A stretch of 32,000 nucleotides of DNA. Source: Delftia acidovorans NBRC 14950. GTDB lineage: Bacteria; Pseudomonadota; Gammaproteobacteria; Burkholderiales; Burkholderiaceae_C. The stretch's first letter is position 1; every line of letters begins with the position of its first letter. The translations under genes were made by a program, and so were the position numbers. Positions 18,627-27,636 of the stretch are shown in pieces. The stretch covers positions 30,001 to 62,000 of the forward strand of contig NZ_BCZP01000024.1 in the NCBI RefSeq assembly GCF_001598795.1, written 5' to 3'. The notes beneath the pieces were generated by a model. The model worked only from the letters and a program-made list of their open reading frames with translations, made no database searches and was not told the DNA's origin.

Positions 18627-18666
18627 AAAAAGCCCGCAGTGCATTGCTGACTTGCGGGCTTTTTTG
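18627..18666 (-). terminator. Rho-independent terminator; A/T-flanked, so bidirectional in form
   Basis: AGCCCGCA (18631-18638) pairs with TGCGGGCT (18653-18660). It is flanked by an A-run and a T-run. It lies 33 nt after the stop of the small secreted-protein gene. Confidence 0.7.
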
Positions 18667-18698
18667 AGGGGATGCCGGCTGGCATCCCGCGGCATGGA

Positions 18699-18920
18699 TC
18701 AGGCCACGGCCTTGTGTGCCTTCTTCGTGGAGCGCTTGGCGTGCTTCTTGCCGGAGTGCTTGCCGCTCTTGGCGACCTTGGCCTTCTTGGCTGTGTGAGC
18801 GGGAGCAGCTGCGGAAGCGGCCGTGGGAGCCGACATCGGCGCTTCGGGTGCTGCGGCGGCCTGTGCGAAGGCGCCTGCGGCAAACGAACCGGCGATCAGG
18901 ACAGCGAGGAGTTTTTTCAT
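18699..18920 (-). CDS. Small secreted Lys/Ala/His-rich protein (Asr-like composition)
   Basis: MKKLLAVLIAGSFAAGAFA signal peptide, followed by a low-complexity basic region ...AHTAKKAKVAKSGKHSGKKHAKRSTKKAHKAVA. AGGAA lies upstream of ATG 18920, and the gene has its own terminator. Confidence 0.65.
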   Translation of the reverse strand: MKKLLAVLIAGSFAAGAFAQAAAAPEAPMSAPTAASAAAPAHTAKKAKVAKSGKHSGKKHAKRSTKKAHKAVA

Positions 18921-19129
18921 ATATGCCATTTCCTAGAAAAGCGGTAGAAGCCAAGTTGAATCAGACAACGGTGCGAAATTCTTGATGCACCGCACATGCT
19001 CAACGCGTTTACTGTATCGCCGTTGACAGGAGGGCGGCCCGATTGTCGTTAGAATTTTCTGCACTAAATTCGTGCCCGATCCGGGCATTCACTCTTGCCT
19101 CGTGCACCAGCCAACGGAGACCCGTCCCC

Positions 19130-20392
<1,263 letters not shown>

Positions 20393-20411
20393 CGGGCGCC
20401 CGTGCTCCATG

Positions 20412-20438
20412 AAAAAACCGCGCCAGGCGCGGTTTTTT
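20412..20438. terminator. Bidirectional rho-independent terminator shared by icd (+) and the DsbA-like gene (-)
   Basis: AAAAAA-CCGCG-CCAGG-CGCGG-TTTTTT lies between the convergent stops at 20392 and 20459. Confidence 0.8.
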
Positions 20439-20458
20439 CTTTGCTGGTCGTTGAGGGA

Positions 20459-21226
20459 TCAGCTCTTGGGCAGCGCACAGCCATCGGGCCCGCAATCCTC
20501 GCCTTGGGGCGCGGTCTGCTCGCCGGCGGTGATGGCCGCCACCTGTTGCACCCACTGGCCCAGTTGCTGCGCCCAGCCATCGGCATCTCCCAGCCAGGGA
20601 CCGATGTCGATGCGCTGTATGGCGCGCTGGCCCGGCTGCTCGGCCTCGGGGTGGTCGAACTCCAGCGCGAAGGTCGGGAAACCCTGGCCCTGGGCCAGCT
20701 CCAGCCATTCGCGCGCCTGGGCGATATGGGCCTGGGTGGCGGCGCCCGAAAGGCGCTGGAAGGCGTCGGTGAAGGCCGCCACGTCCAGGCCCAGGTCCCG
20801 GGCCAGTTCCAGCAGCACGGCCGGATCGCTGATGCGGCGGCCTTCCACGTAGTGGGCCTGCTGCTGGCGCGCCAGCATGTCCAGGCCCCGGCCCGCCAGT
20901 TCCTCGGCGGCCAGCAGGGCCGTGGTGGGCGGTTCGGAGTCCAGCACGGCGCCCAGGTCGTTGAGCAGGCCGTCGAAGTAGGCCGTGCCGAAGGGCTGGC
21001 CCGTCATCTCGGCAATGCGCTGGTCGTGCGGCATCACGTGGCCGCGCCAGTCGGCCGTGATGGTGCGGGTGTGGGCGCCCGTGAGCATGCCGCCGCCATG
21101 CCACTGCAGCGTGACGCCGGGCACGCTGCGCGCGGCCTTGACCAGGGGCGCGGCGGCATAGCACCAGCCGCACAGCGGGTCGAAGATGTAGTGGAGGACA
21201 AAGGGCGGCTGCGCGGTCGTGGTCAT
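20459..21226 (-). CDS. DsbA-family thioredoxin-fold protein
   Basis: Contains FDPLCGWCYAAAP (CxxC in a DsbA-like context). 255 aa, with ATG at 21226. Confidence 0.82.
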   Translation of the reverse strand: MTTTAQPPFVLHYIFDPLCGWCYAAAPLVKAARSVPGVTLQWHGGGMLTGAHTRTITADWRGHVMPHDQRIAEMTGQPFGTAYFDGLLNDLGAVLDSEPPTTALLAAEELAGRGLDMLARQQQAHYVEGRRISDPAVLLELARDLGLDVAAFTDAFQRLSGAATQAHIAQAREWLELAQGQGFPTFALEFDHPEAEQPGQRAIQRIDIGPWLGDADGWAQQLGQWVQQVAAITAGEQTAPQGEDCGPDGCALPKS

Positions 21227-21363
21227 GGCAGGAGCAGGCTGTGATGAAGGCGCCCACTGTAGCGGCTATTGGCTTGCCCGTGACGGGGCAGGGCCGCAGG
21301 CAGAATGGGCGACTGCCGCCGTGCAGCCACGGTGCTGCCATCGTCGATCCCGTCTGCATTGCC

Positions 21364-21951
21364 ATGCGCCTCAAATCCACGCCGCCTCCGTCCGATCCGT
21401 CCGCTTCCTCCGCCCCGGCCGCCCCGGCCGCCGAGCCCAGCGTCCAGTCCGTCGCCCGGCGCGGCATGCTGGGTTTTCTGCTGTTCTGGCTGCTGGTCAT
21501 GGGCGTGCTGTACTGGGCCATGCAGATGTACCTGAAGCCGGCCGGCGTCAAGGTCCAGGCCGATGGCACCGTGGCCATTGCGCGTGACCGCGACGGGCAT
21601 TTCCGCGTGGAAGGGGCCGTCAACGGGCAGCCCGTCATGTTCCTGGTGGACACGGGCGCCAGCATGGTCGGCGTGACCGAGCCGCTGGCCGAGCGCGCAG
21701 GCCTGGACGGCGGCGAGCCCGTGCGCTTTCGCACCGCCAATGGCGAGCGCGACGGCCGCATGGTGGTGGCCGAGCAGGTGCGCGTGGCCTCCCTGGTGGT
21801 CAGCGGCCTGCGCGTGGGCACGGGCTATACCGGCAGCACGGACAGGGATGCGCTGCTGGGCCAGAACTTCCTGCGCCAGTTCGATGTGGAAATACGCGGC
21901 GACCGCATGCTGATCCATCCGCGCGGCAGCGGGTCTTCGCCCAAGCAGTAA
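21364..21951 (+). CDS. Membrane-anchored retropepsin-like (clan AA) aspartic protease
   Basis: Has a TM segment (GMLGFLLFWLLVMGVLYWAM) followed by ...VMFLVDTGASMVGV..., the DTG active site, and LLGQNFL. The ATG is 21364, inside track ORF 21241-21951. Confidence 0.8.
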   Translation: MRLKSTPPPSDPSASSAPAAPAAEPSVQSVARRGMLGFLLFWLLVMGVLYWAMQMYLKPAGVKVQADGTVAIARDRDGHFRVEGAVNGQPVMFLVDTGASMVGVTEPLAERAGLDGGEPVRFRTANGERDGRMVVAEQVRVASLVVSGLRVGTGYTGSTDRDALLGQNFLRQFDVEIRGDRMLIHPRGSGSSPKQ

Positions 21952-21982
21952 GTACGTAAGTAGGTAACTAAGGGAGAGGGAC

Positions 21983-23107
21983 ATGACAAACAACGGCTTT
22001 CGCACCGACAGACGCAGATGGCTGCAGACAGGCGCAGCCCTGGCGGCGCTGGGCTGCACGGCCTGTGCCAGCGTGGGGCAGGGCGGTGCCTCTTCCTCCG
22101 GCACCGGCCTGGCCGAAGACCTGGGCGAACGCCTGGACCAGGGCGTGCAGAGCGGAGAACTGGCGAACCTGCACGCCGTCGTCGTGATGCGCCACGGCCG
22201 GCTGGCGCTGGAGCGCTATTTCGAGGGCGAGGACGAGCGCTGGGGCGAGCCGCTGGGCAAGGTGGCCTTCAACGCCGACTCCCTGCACGATGTGCGCTCG
22301 GTCAGCAAGAGCGTCGTCGGCCTGCTGTACGGCATGGCCCTGGCCGAGGGCAAGGTGCCCGCGCTGGACACGCCCCTGGTACAGGCGTTTCCCGCCTACG
22401 GCGATCTGGCGGCCGATGAGGGCCGGCGCGCCATCCTGGTCTCCCATGCCCTGGGCATGACCATGGGCCTGCAATGGGACGAGGACCTTCCGTATTCCGA
22501 CCCGCGCAACAGCGAAATCGTCATGGAGCGCAGCAGCGACCGCTACCGCTACGTGCTGGAGCAGCCCATCGTCGCCCCGCCCGGCGAACGCTGGTGCTAC
22601 AGCGGCGGGGCGACGGCCCTGCTGGGCCATCTGATCGCGCAGGGCAGCGGCATGCCCCTGCTGGACTATGCGCGGCACAAGCTGTTTGCTCCGCTGGGCA
22701 TCGACCAGGCCGAGTGGACGCCTGGCACCAACGGCGAGGCGGCCGCCGCCTCCGGCCTGCGCCTGCGGGCGCGGGACTTGGCCCGTATTGGCCAGCTGGT
22801 GCTGCAGCAGGGCGAGTGGCCGGGTGGAAGGCAAGGCCGGGCGCTGGTGCCCCGGTATTGGATTGTGCAATCCATTCAGCCGCGCGTGGACGCCTGGCCC
22901 GGCCTGCGCTACGGCCACCACTGGTACGTGGGGCAGACCCGCGCCGGCCTGGCGTACTACATGGCCATCGGCCTGGGCGGCCAGCGGCTGGTGGTCGTGC
23001 CCCAGCATTCGCTGGTGTATGCCGTCTTCATGGGCAACTACGACAGCCCCCAACAGGTGCAGCGCGTGGCCGCCGTGCAGGGCCTGATCGCCGCTGCCTT
23101 GCGTTGA
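21983..23107 (+). CDS. Serine hydrolase of the beta-lactamase / PBP4* family; secreted or lipoprotein
   Basis: Has a Tat-like / lipoprotein N-terminus (RRRWLQTGAALAALGCTAC), an SxxK motif (SVSKS) and a YSGG motif. GGGAGAGGG is the Shine-Dalgarno. Confidence 0.85.
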   Translation: MTNNGFRTDRRRWLQTGAALAALGCTACASVGQGGASSSGTGLAEDLGERLDQGVQSGELANLHAVVVMRHGRLALERYFEGEDERWGEPLGKVAFNADSLHDVRSVSKSVVGLLYGMALAEGKVPALDTPLVQAFPAYGDLAADEGRRAILVSHALGMTMGLQWDEDLPYSDPRNSEIVMERSSDRYRYVLEQPIVAPPGERWCYSGGATALLGHLIAQGSGMPLLDYARHKLFAPLGIDQAEWTPGTNGEAAAASGLRLRARDLARIGQLVLQQGEWPGGRQGRALVPRYWIVQSIQPRVDAWPGLRYGHHWYVGQTRAGLAYYMAIGLGGQRLVVVPQHSLVYAVFMGNYDSPQQVQRVAAVQGLIAAALR

Positions 23108-23327
23108 CAGCCTTGCCCTGACAGCCGAGCGCGGGCACGTCGGGCGTGCGAGAATCCCCGCTTCCAAGGTCGGCCGCATGCCCGGCTCGCGCAAGCAGGG
23201 CGCGAAGCGGGGCGGGCCGGTGCGTGTCGAGGCTCGATCCACTTTCCTGGTTCCGGTGCCGGCCCATGAGCCCCCGAGGCCATGGCGCCGGTTGTTTCTG
23301 CCTCCCGCATGATCGCCAGATCACCGT

Positions 23328-24398
23328 TTGCCCGTGTCCCACCGCCAGCCCATCCGCATCGCCGACCGCCACCAGTTCGACACCCTGATCGACGCCCGCT
23401 CGCCTGCCGAATTCGCGCAGGACCACATTCCCGGCGCCATCAACTGCCCCGTGCTCGACAACGAGGAGCGCGCCCGGATCGGCACCATCTACAAGCAGGT
23501 CAGCCCCTTCGAGGCCAAGCGCCTGGGCGCGGCCATGGTCTCGGCCAATCTGGCGCGCCATCTGCAGGAAACCTTCGCCGACAAGCCCGCCAACTGGAAG
23601 CCGCTGGTCTACTGCTGGCGCGGCGGCCTGCGCAGCGGCTCCATGGTCACCTGGCTGCGCCTGGTCGGCTGGGATGCGCAGCAACTGGCCAACGGCTACA
23701 AGTCCTATCGCGGCCATGTGATCGAGCTGATCGACCGCCTGGTGCCCCAGCTGCGCCTGCAGGTGCTGTGCGGCGCCACCGGCAGCGCCAAGACCCGGGT
23801 GCTGCATGCCCTGGCCGAGGCCGGCGAGCAGGTGCTGGACCTGGAGGGCTATGCCAGCCACAAGGGCTCGTTGCTGGGCAACCTGCCTGGGGTGGAGCAG
23901 CCCAGCCAGAAATACTTCGAGACGCTGCTGGCCCAGCAGCTGGAGAGTTTCGATCCGTCGCGCACCGTGTACGTGGAAGGCGAGAGCGCCAAGATCGGCC
24001 GCGTGTCCCTGCCGCTGGTGCTGGTCGAGCACATGCGCCAGTCGCCCGTGATTGCGCTCGATGCCACGCCCGAGGCGCGCCTGGCCTACCTGCTGCGCGA
24101 CTACTCCTACCTGGGCGACGATCCGCAGATGCTGGCCGACAAGCTGGGCTGGCTCAAGGAGCTGCAGGGCAAGGAGACCATCTCGCGCTGGCAGGGCTGG
24201 GCGCATGAGCGCAGTCTCTCGCCGCTGTTCTCCGAGCTCATGGCCCAGCACTACGACCCGCACTACGAGCGCTCGCAGGAGCGGCATTTCACGCAGTGGA
24301 GCACGCGCCGCAGGGTGCAGGCCGACGACCTCAGCGAGGCCGGCATCGCCGCGCTGGCGCAGCAGATACTGGCGCTGGATGCGGCATCGGCCGCATGA
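23328..24398 (+). CDS. selU: tRNA 2-selenouridine / geranyl-2-thiouridine synthase SelU (MnmH)
   Basis: Has a rhodanese domain with the CWRGGLRS active-site loop, followed by the P-loop GATGSAKT. Length and order match YbbB/SelU. Only non-ATG starts are available (TTG 23328 or GTG 23334). Confidence 0.88.
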   Translation: MPVSHRQPIRIADRHQFDTLIDARSPAEFAQDHIPGAINCPVLDNEERARIGTIYKQVSPFEAKRLGAAMVSANLARHLQETFADKPANWKPLVYCWRGGLRSGSMVTWLRLVGWDAQQLANGYKSYRGHVIELIDRLVPQLRLQVLCGATGSAKTRVLHALAEAGEQVLDLEGYASHKGSLLGNLPGVEQPSQKYFETLLAQQLESFDPSRTVYVEGESAKIGRVSLPLVLVEHMRQSPVIALDATPEARLAYLLRDYSYLGDDPQMLADKLGWLKELQGKETISRWQGWAHERSLSPLFSELMAQHYDPHYERSQERHFTQWSTRRRVQADDLSEAGIAALAQQILALDAASAA

Positions 24399-24425
24399 AG
24401 CAGCCGCGTGGATCAGGCGTTTGAA

Positions 24426-25046
24426 TCAGGCGTGTGAATCTGCCAGCACCGGGTACAGCGACAGCAGCAGCAGGGCCGCCATGCCCCAGTTGAAGCGGCG
24501 CAGTGCCTGCGGCGAGCGCAGCGCGCGCCCCACGGCGCTGCCGAACAGCGTCCAGACGCTGACGCTGGGATAGTTCACGATGCCCAGCACCAGCGCGGCC
24601 AGCACCAGGTTGATGAAGAAATCCTCGCGCGGCGTGTAGGTGGCAATCACGCCGATGGCCATGATCCAGGCCTTGGGGTTGACCCACTGGAAGGCCGCCG
24701 CCTGCCAGAACCCGAAGGGCCGGGCACCCGCGTTGCCGCCGTCAATGCCGCCGCTGCCCGCGATCTTCCAGGCCAGCCAGACCAGGTAGGCCGCGCCCAG
24801 GTACTTGAGCGCGGTGTAGATCACCGGCAGCCGCTCGAACACCGCGCCCAGGCCCGCGCCCACCAGCAGCACCATGACCACCACGCCCATGGTGATGCCC
24901 AGCATGTGGGGCACCGTGCGGCGGTAGCCGAAGCTGGCGCCCGAGGCCGTCAGCATCACATTGTTGGGGCCGGGCGTGACGGAGCTGACGAAGGAGAACA
25001 TGGCCAGCGGCAGCAGGAACGAGGTTTGGGCGGTATCGAAGGGCAT
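24426..25046 (-). CDS. LysE/RhtB-family amino-acid exporter
   Basis: Contains ...FVSSVTPGPNNVMLTASGASFGYRRTVPHMLGI... with six TM segments, 206 aa. The ATG is 25046, or 25061. The longer track ORF is unsupported. Confidence 0.85.
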   Translation of the reverse strand: MPFDTAQTSFLLPLAMFSFVSSVTPGPNNVMLTASGASFGYRRTVPHMLGITMGVVVMVLLVGAGLGAVFERLPVIYTALKYLGAAYLVWLAWKIAGSGGIDGGNAGARPFGFWQAAAFQWVNPKAWIMAIGVIATYTPREDFFINLVLAALVLGIVNYPSVSVWTLFGSAVGRALRSPQALRRFNWGMAALLLLSLYPVLADSHA

Positions 25047-25197
25047 GGTGGCAACAGGCATGACAGGGAATCCGGCGCCCTGTCTGCGCATGCCGCAGGC
25101 CGCGGCGCCGTCAGGCCATGCTAATCGCAGTTGGTGGCAGTTATCGGTACAGTAGCAGTACACTTTGCCAGAACAATTTGCCAACTGGCCTGCCATC

Positions 25198-26709
25198 ATG
25201 ACCCTGACACTTGATCCCGCCGCCACGCCAAATACACCGCAGGCACCGCGCGCATCCTCCGATACGGCTTTCCAGGCCGCTGCGCCCTGGCGTCCGCTGC
25301 GGTCCTCCGACCTCTCGCTGGTGGACCAACTGGTGGACCACTACGGCGGCCTGATCCGCCACCACGGCCTGCGCGCGGGATCGCGCCTGCCTTCCGTGCG
25401 TGCGCTGGCGCAAGAGGCGGCCGTGAGCCGCGACACCGTGGTGCAGGCCTATGACCGGCTGGCCGCCCAGGGCCTGGTGCATTCGCGGCGCGGCTCGGGC
25501 GTCTTCGTCAGCGCCCGGCGCGCGGCCCAGGCGGCGCCCCGGGCCAGCGATGCCCTGCCTACGCTGGAGCAGGGCGCGGCCTTCGATACCGCCTTTTTGC
25601 TGCGCAGCATGTTCCGCGAGGGCATGGAGCACTCGGGTGGCGCGGGCATGCTGCCGCCGGAATGGCTGGACCAGGAGATGCTGGCCTCGGCCCTGCGCGC
25701 CGTGGGCCGCAGTACGGGCACCAGCCTGCTGACCTACGGCGTGCCCCAGGGCTACCTGCCGCTGCGCCAGCAGATCGCCTCGGTGCTGCAGGCCCAGGAC
25801 GTGCCCGCCCACCCCGAGGCCCACCTGATGACCGTGGCCGGCGTCACCCAGGGCCTGGACCTGATCGTGCGCAGCCTGGTGCGGCCCGGCGATACGGTGC
25901 TGGTGGAAGACCCCGGCTGGTTCCTCATCTTCGGCCGGCTCAACGCCCTGGGCGTGAACGTGGTCGGCGTGCCCCGCCTGCCCGGCGGCCCCGATGTGGA
26001 GGCGCTGGAGCGGCTGGCCCGCCAGCACCAGCCCCGGCTTTTCATCCTGAACACGGCCGTGCACAACCCCACTGGCCAGACCCTGTCGGCCGGCGTGGCC
26101 CACGAGGTGCTGCGCATTGCCGAGCGCCACGACTTCTACCTGGCCGAGGACGACACCTACTCCGACTTCCTGCCCGGCGTGCCCGTGCGCCTGGCCGCCA
26201 TGGACCGGCTGCAGCGCGTGCTCCTGGTGGGCGGCTACTCCAAGACCCTGGCCGGCAGCCTGCGCGTGGGCTATGTCGCGGCACACACCGACCTGATACG
26301 GCGGCTGACCGACCTCAAGCTGCTGGGCGGGCTGACCACGGCGCTGCCGGGCGAGCAGGTGGTGCACCGCGTGCTGGCCGATGGCCAGTACCGCAAACAT
26401 GTGGACCGCCTGCGCGAGCGCGTGGACCGCGCGCGCAACCGCTGCCTGCGCATGCTCGAAGCCCTGGACTGCCGCGCCCCGCACGAACCGCAGGCCGGCA
26501 TGTTCGCCTGGGTGGATTGCGGCGTGGACTCGGAGGTGCTGGCACGCCATGCCGCGCCGCAGGGCCTGCTGCTGGCACCGGGCCTGCTGTTTTCGCCCAG
26601 GCAGGCCGCGGGCAGCATGCTGCGCATTCCCGTGCCCATGGTGGAGCAGCCCCAGACCTGGAAGATCCTCGGCCACCTGCTGGCGCAGCACCGGGGCGGT
26701 GGTGGATGA
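25198..26709 (+). CDS. MocR-type regulator: GntR HTH fused to a PLP aminotransferase-like domain
   Basis: Has an N-terminal GntR wHTH (RLPSVRALAQEAAVSRDTVVQAYDRLAAQGLV) and a fold-type-I aminotransferase body with YSKTLAGSLRVGY (PLP Lys). It is divergent from the LysE gene. The ATG is 25198; the track start 25165 is TTG. Confidence 0.85.
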   Translation: MTLTLDPAATPNTPQAPRASSDTAFQAAAPWRPLRSSDLSLVDQLVDHYGGLIRHHGLRAGSRLPSVRALAQEAAVSRDTVVQAYDRLAAQGLVHSRRGSGVFVSARRAAQAAPRASDALPTLEQGAAFDTAFLLRSMFREGMEHSGGAGMLPPEWLDQEMLASALRAVGRSTGTSLLTYGVPQGYLPLRQQIASVLQAQDVPAHPEAHLMTVAGVTQGLDLIVRSLVRPGDTVLVEDPGWFLIFGRLNALGVNVVGVPRLPGGPDVEALERLARQHQPRLFILNTAVHNPTGQTLSAGVAHEVLRIAERHDFYLAEDDTYSDFLPGVPVRLAAMDRLQRVLLVGGYSKTLAGSLRVGYVAAHTDLIRRLTDLKLLGGLTTALPGEQVVHRVLADGQYRKHVDRLRERVDRARNRCLRMLEALDCRAPHEPQAGMFAWVDCGVDSEVLARHAAPQGLLLAPGLLFSPRQAAGSMLRIPVPMVEQPQTWKILGHLLAQHRGGGG

Positions 26710-26781
26710 GTGGATGACTGGATGGTGCAGCAACGCTGCCTGACGGGAGGTTGACGCTGCCGGCGCCAGGGCATGTAAGAC

Positions 26782-27627
26782 ATGGCATCGGGCCTCGGCG
26801 CCCCGGTAGCGCGCTGCTATCGTTCCGGGATGACTATTGAGCTTGTCTTGCCAGGGGAGGCCGGCCGCAGAGCCGGGGTGAACGACAGCCGGCCCCGACC
26901 GGGAGGCGGCGCGGCGCGCCGCCTGGCGCCGGTGCTGGCGCTGCTGCTGACAGCGGGCTGTGCCGACACGCCCGCGCCGCGCGGCAAGGTGGAGGGTGCC
27001 TCGTTCGAGCCCAGCGAAATCGTGCAGTCCGACAGCAACCGCATGGCCACGCTGGCCATGAAGGAGAACCTGGACAGCCTGATGCGCATCATGGACAAGC
27101 TCTACCTGCGCAACCCGGCCGAATGGAAGAAAACCGCCGAAAGCCGCGAGGCCGCATCCGCCTACGTGCGCATTGCCATCACCGAGCGCCAGCCCTGGGC
27201 CGACCTGCACGGTGCCCAGGACGTGGCCGCACTCTCGCTGGCGCTGCAGCCCGACTTCAAGGGCGACCGCGTGGCCGCCTTCGTCCATGCGCTGGCCGAC
27301 ACCATCATCACCGCCCACGGCGGGCGCACCAGCTTCACCCTGGTCCATGGGCTGGACCCGCAGCTGATCTACAACGCCGCACGCAACGTGGAAGTGGCCA
27401 ACTGGATACTCAACTCACGGCGCAATGCCGCAGGCGGGCCGCTGCTGCTGTCCAACCACCTGGGCGACGACGCGCGCAACCTGAGCTTCGAGCGCGAGAT
27501 GGGCAAGATCATCGGCCGGCTGGACCTGATCGCCAACTACACCACCGAGCGCTACAGGCGCTCCTTCATCGGCTACGGGCAGGGGCTGGTGGCGGGGCCC
27601 TTCATGCAGTTCCTGCCCGTGCGTTGA
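26782..27627 (+). CDS. Hypothetical lipoprotein
   Basis: Has the lipobox LALLLTAGC after a positively charged stretch. The mature part is soluble and has normal GC3 bias. The start is uncertain (ATG 26782, ATG 26830 or an internal GTG). I recognise no family. Confidence 0.6.
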   Translation: MASGLGAPVARCYRSGMTIELVLPGEAGRRAGVNDSRPRPGGGAARRLAPVLALLLTAGCADTPAPRGKVEGASFEPSEIVQSDSNRMATLAMKENLDSLMRIMDKLYLRNPAEWKKTAESREAASAYVRIAITERQPWADLHGAQDVAALSLALQPDFKGDRVAAFVHALADTIITAHGGRTSFTLVHGLDPQLIYNAARNVEVANWILNSRRNAAGGPLLLSNHLGDDARNLSFEREMGKIIGRLDLIANYTTERYRRSFIGYGQGLVAGPFMQFLPVR

Positions 27628-27636
27628 GGCGCGGCC

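Noticed and set aside
19023-19055. TTGACA ... TAGAAT as a consensus sigma-70 promoter for icd
   Set aside because: The two hexamers are 21 nt apart, too far for a standard promoter. Only the -10-like element is retained, as part of the shared-motif observation.
7400-19100. Idea that the metal-homeostasis block is a recently acquired genomic island
   Set aside because: There is no integrase or transposase, no tRNA target, no flanking direct repeats and no compositional break visible by eye. It is kept only as a low-confidence synteny question.
25141-27348. 735-aa minus-strand ORF, one of the longest in the track
   Set aside because: It is entirely antisense to the well-supported MocR and lipoprotein genes. 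Its Arg/Ala/Gly/His-rich composition has no recognisable domains. This is typical GC-rich shadow ORF behaviour.
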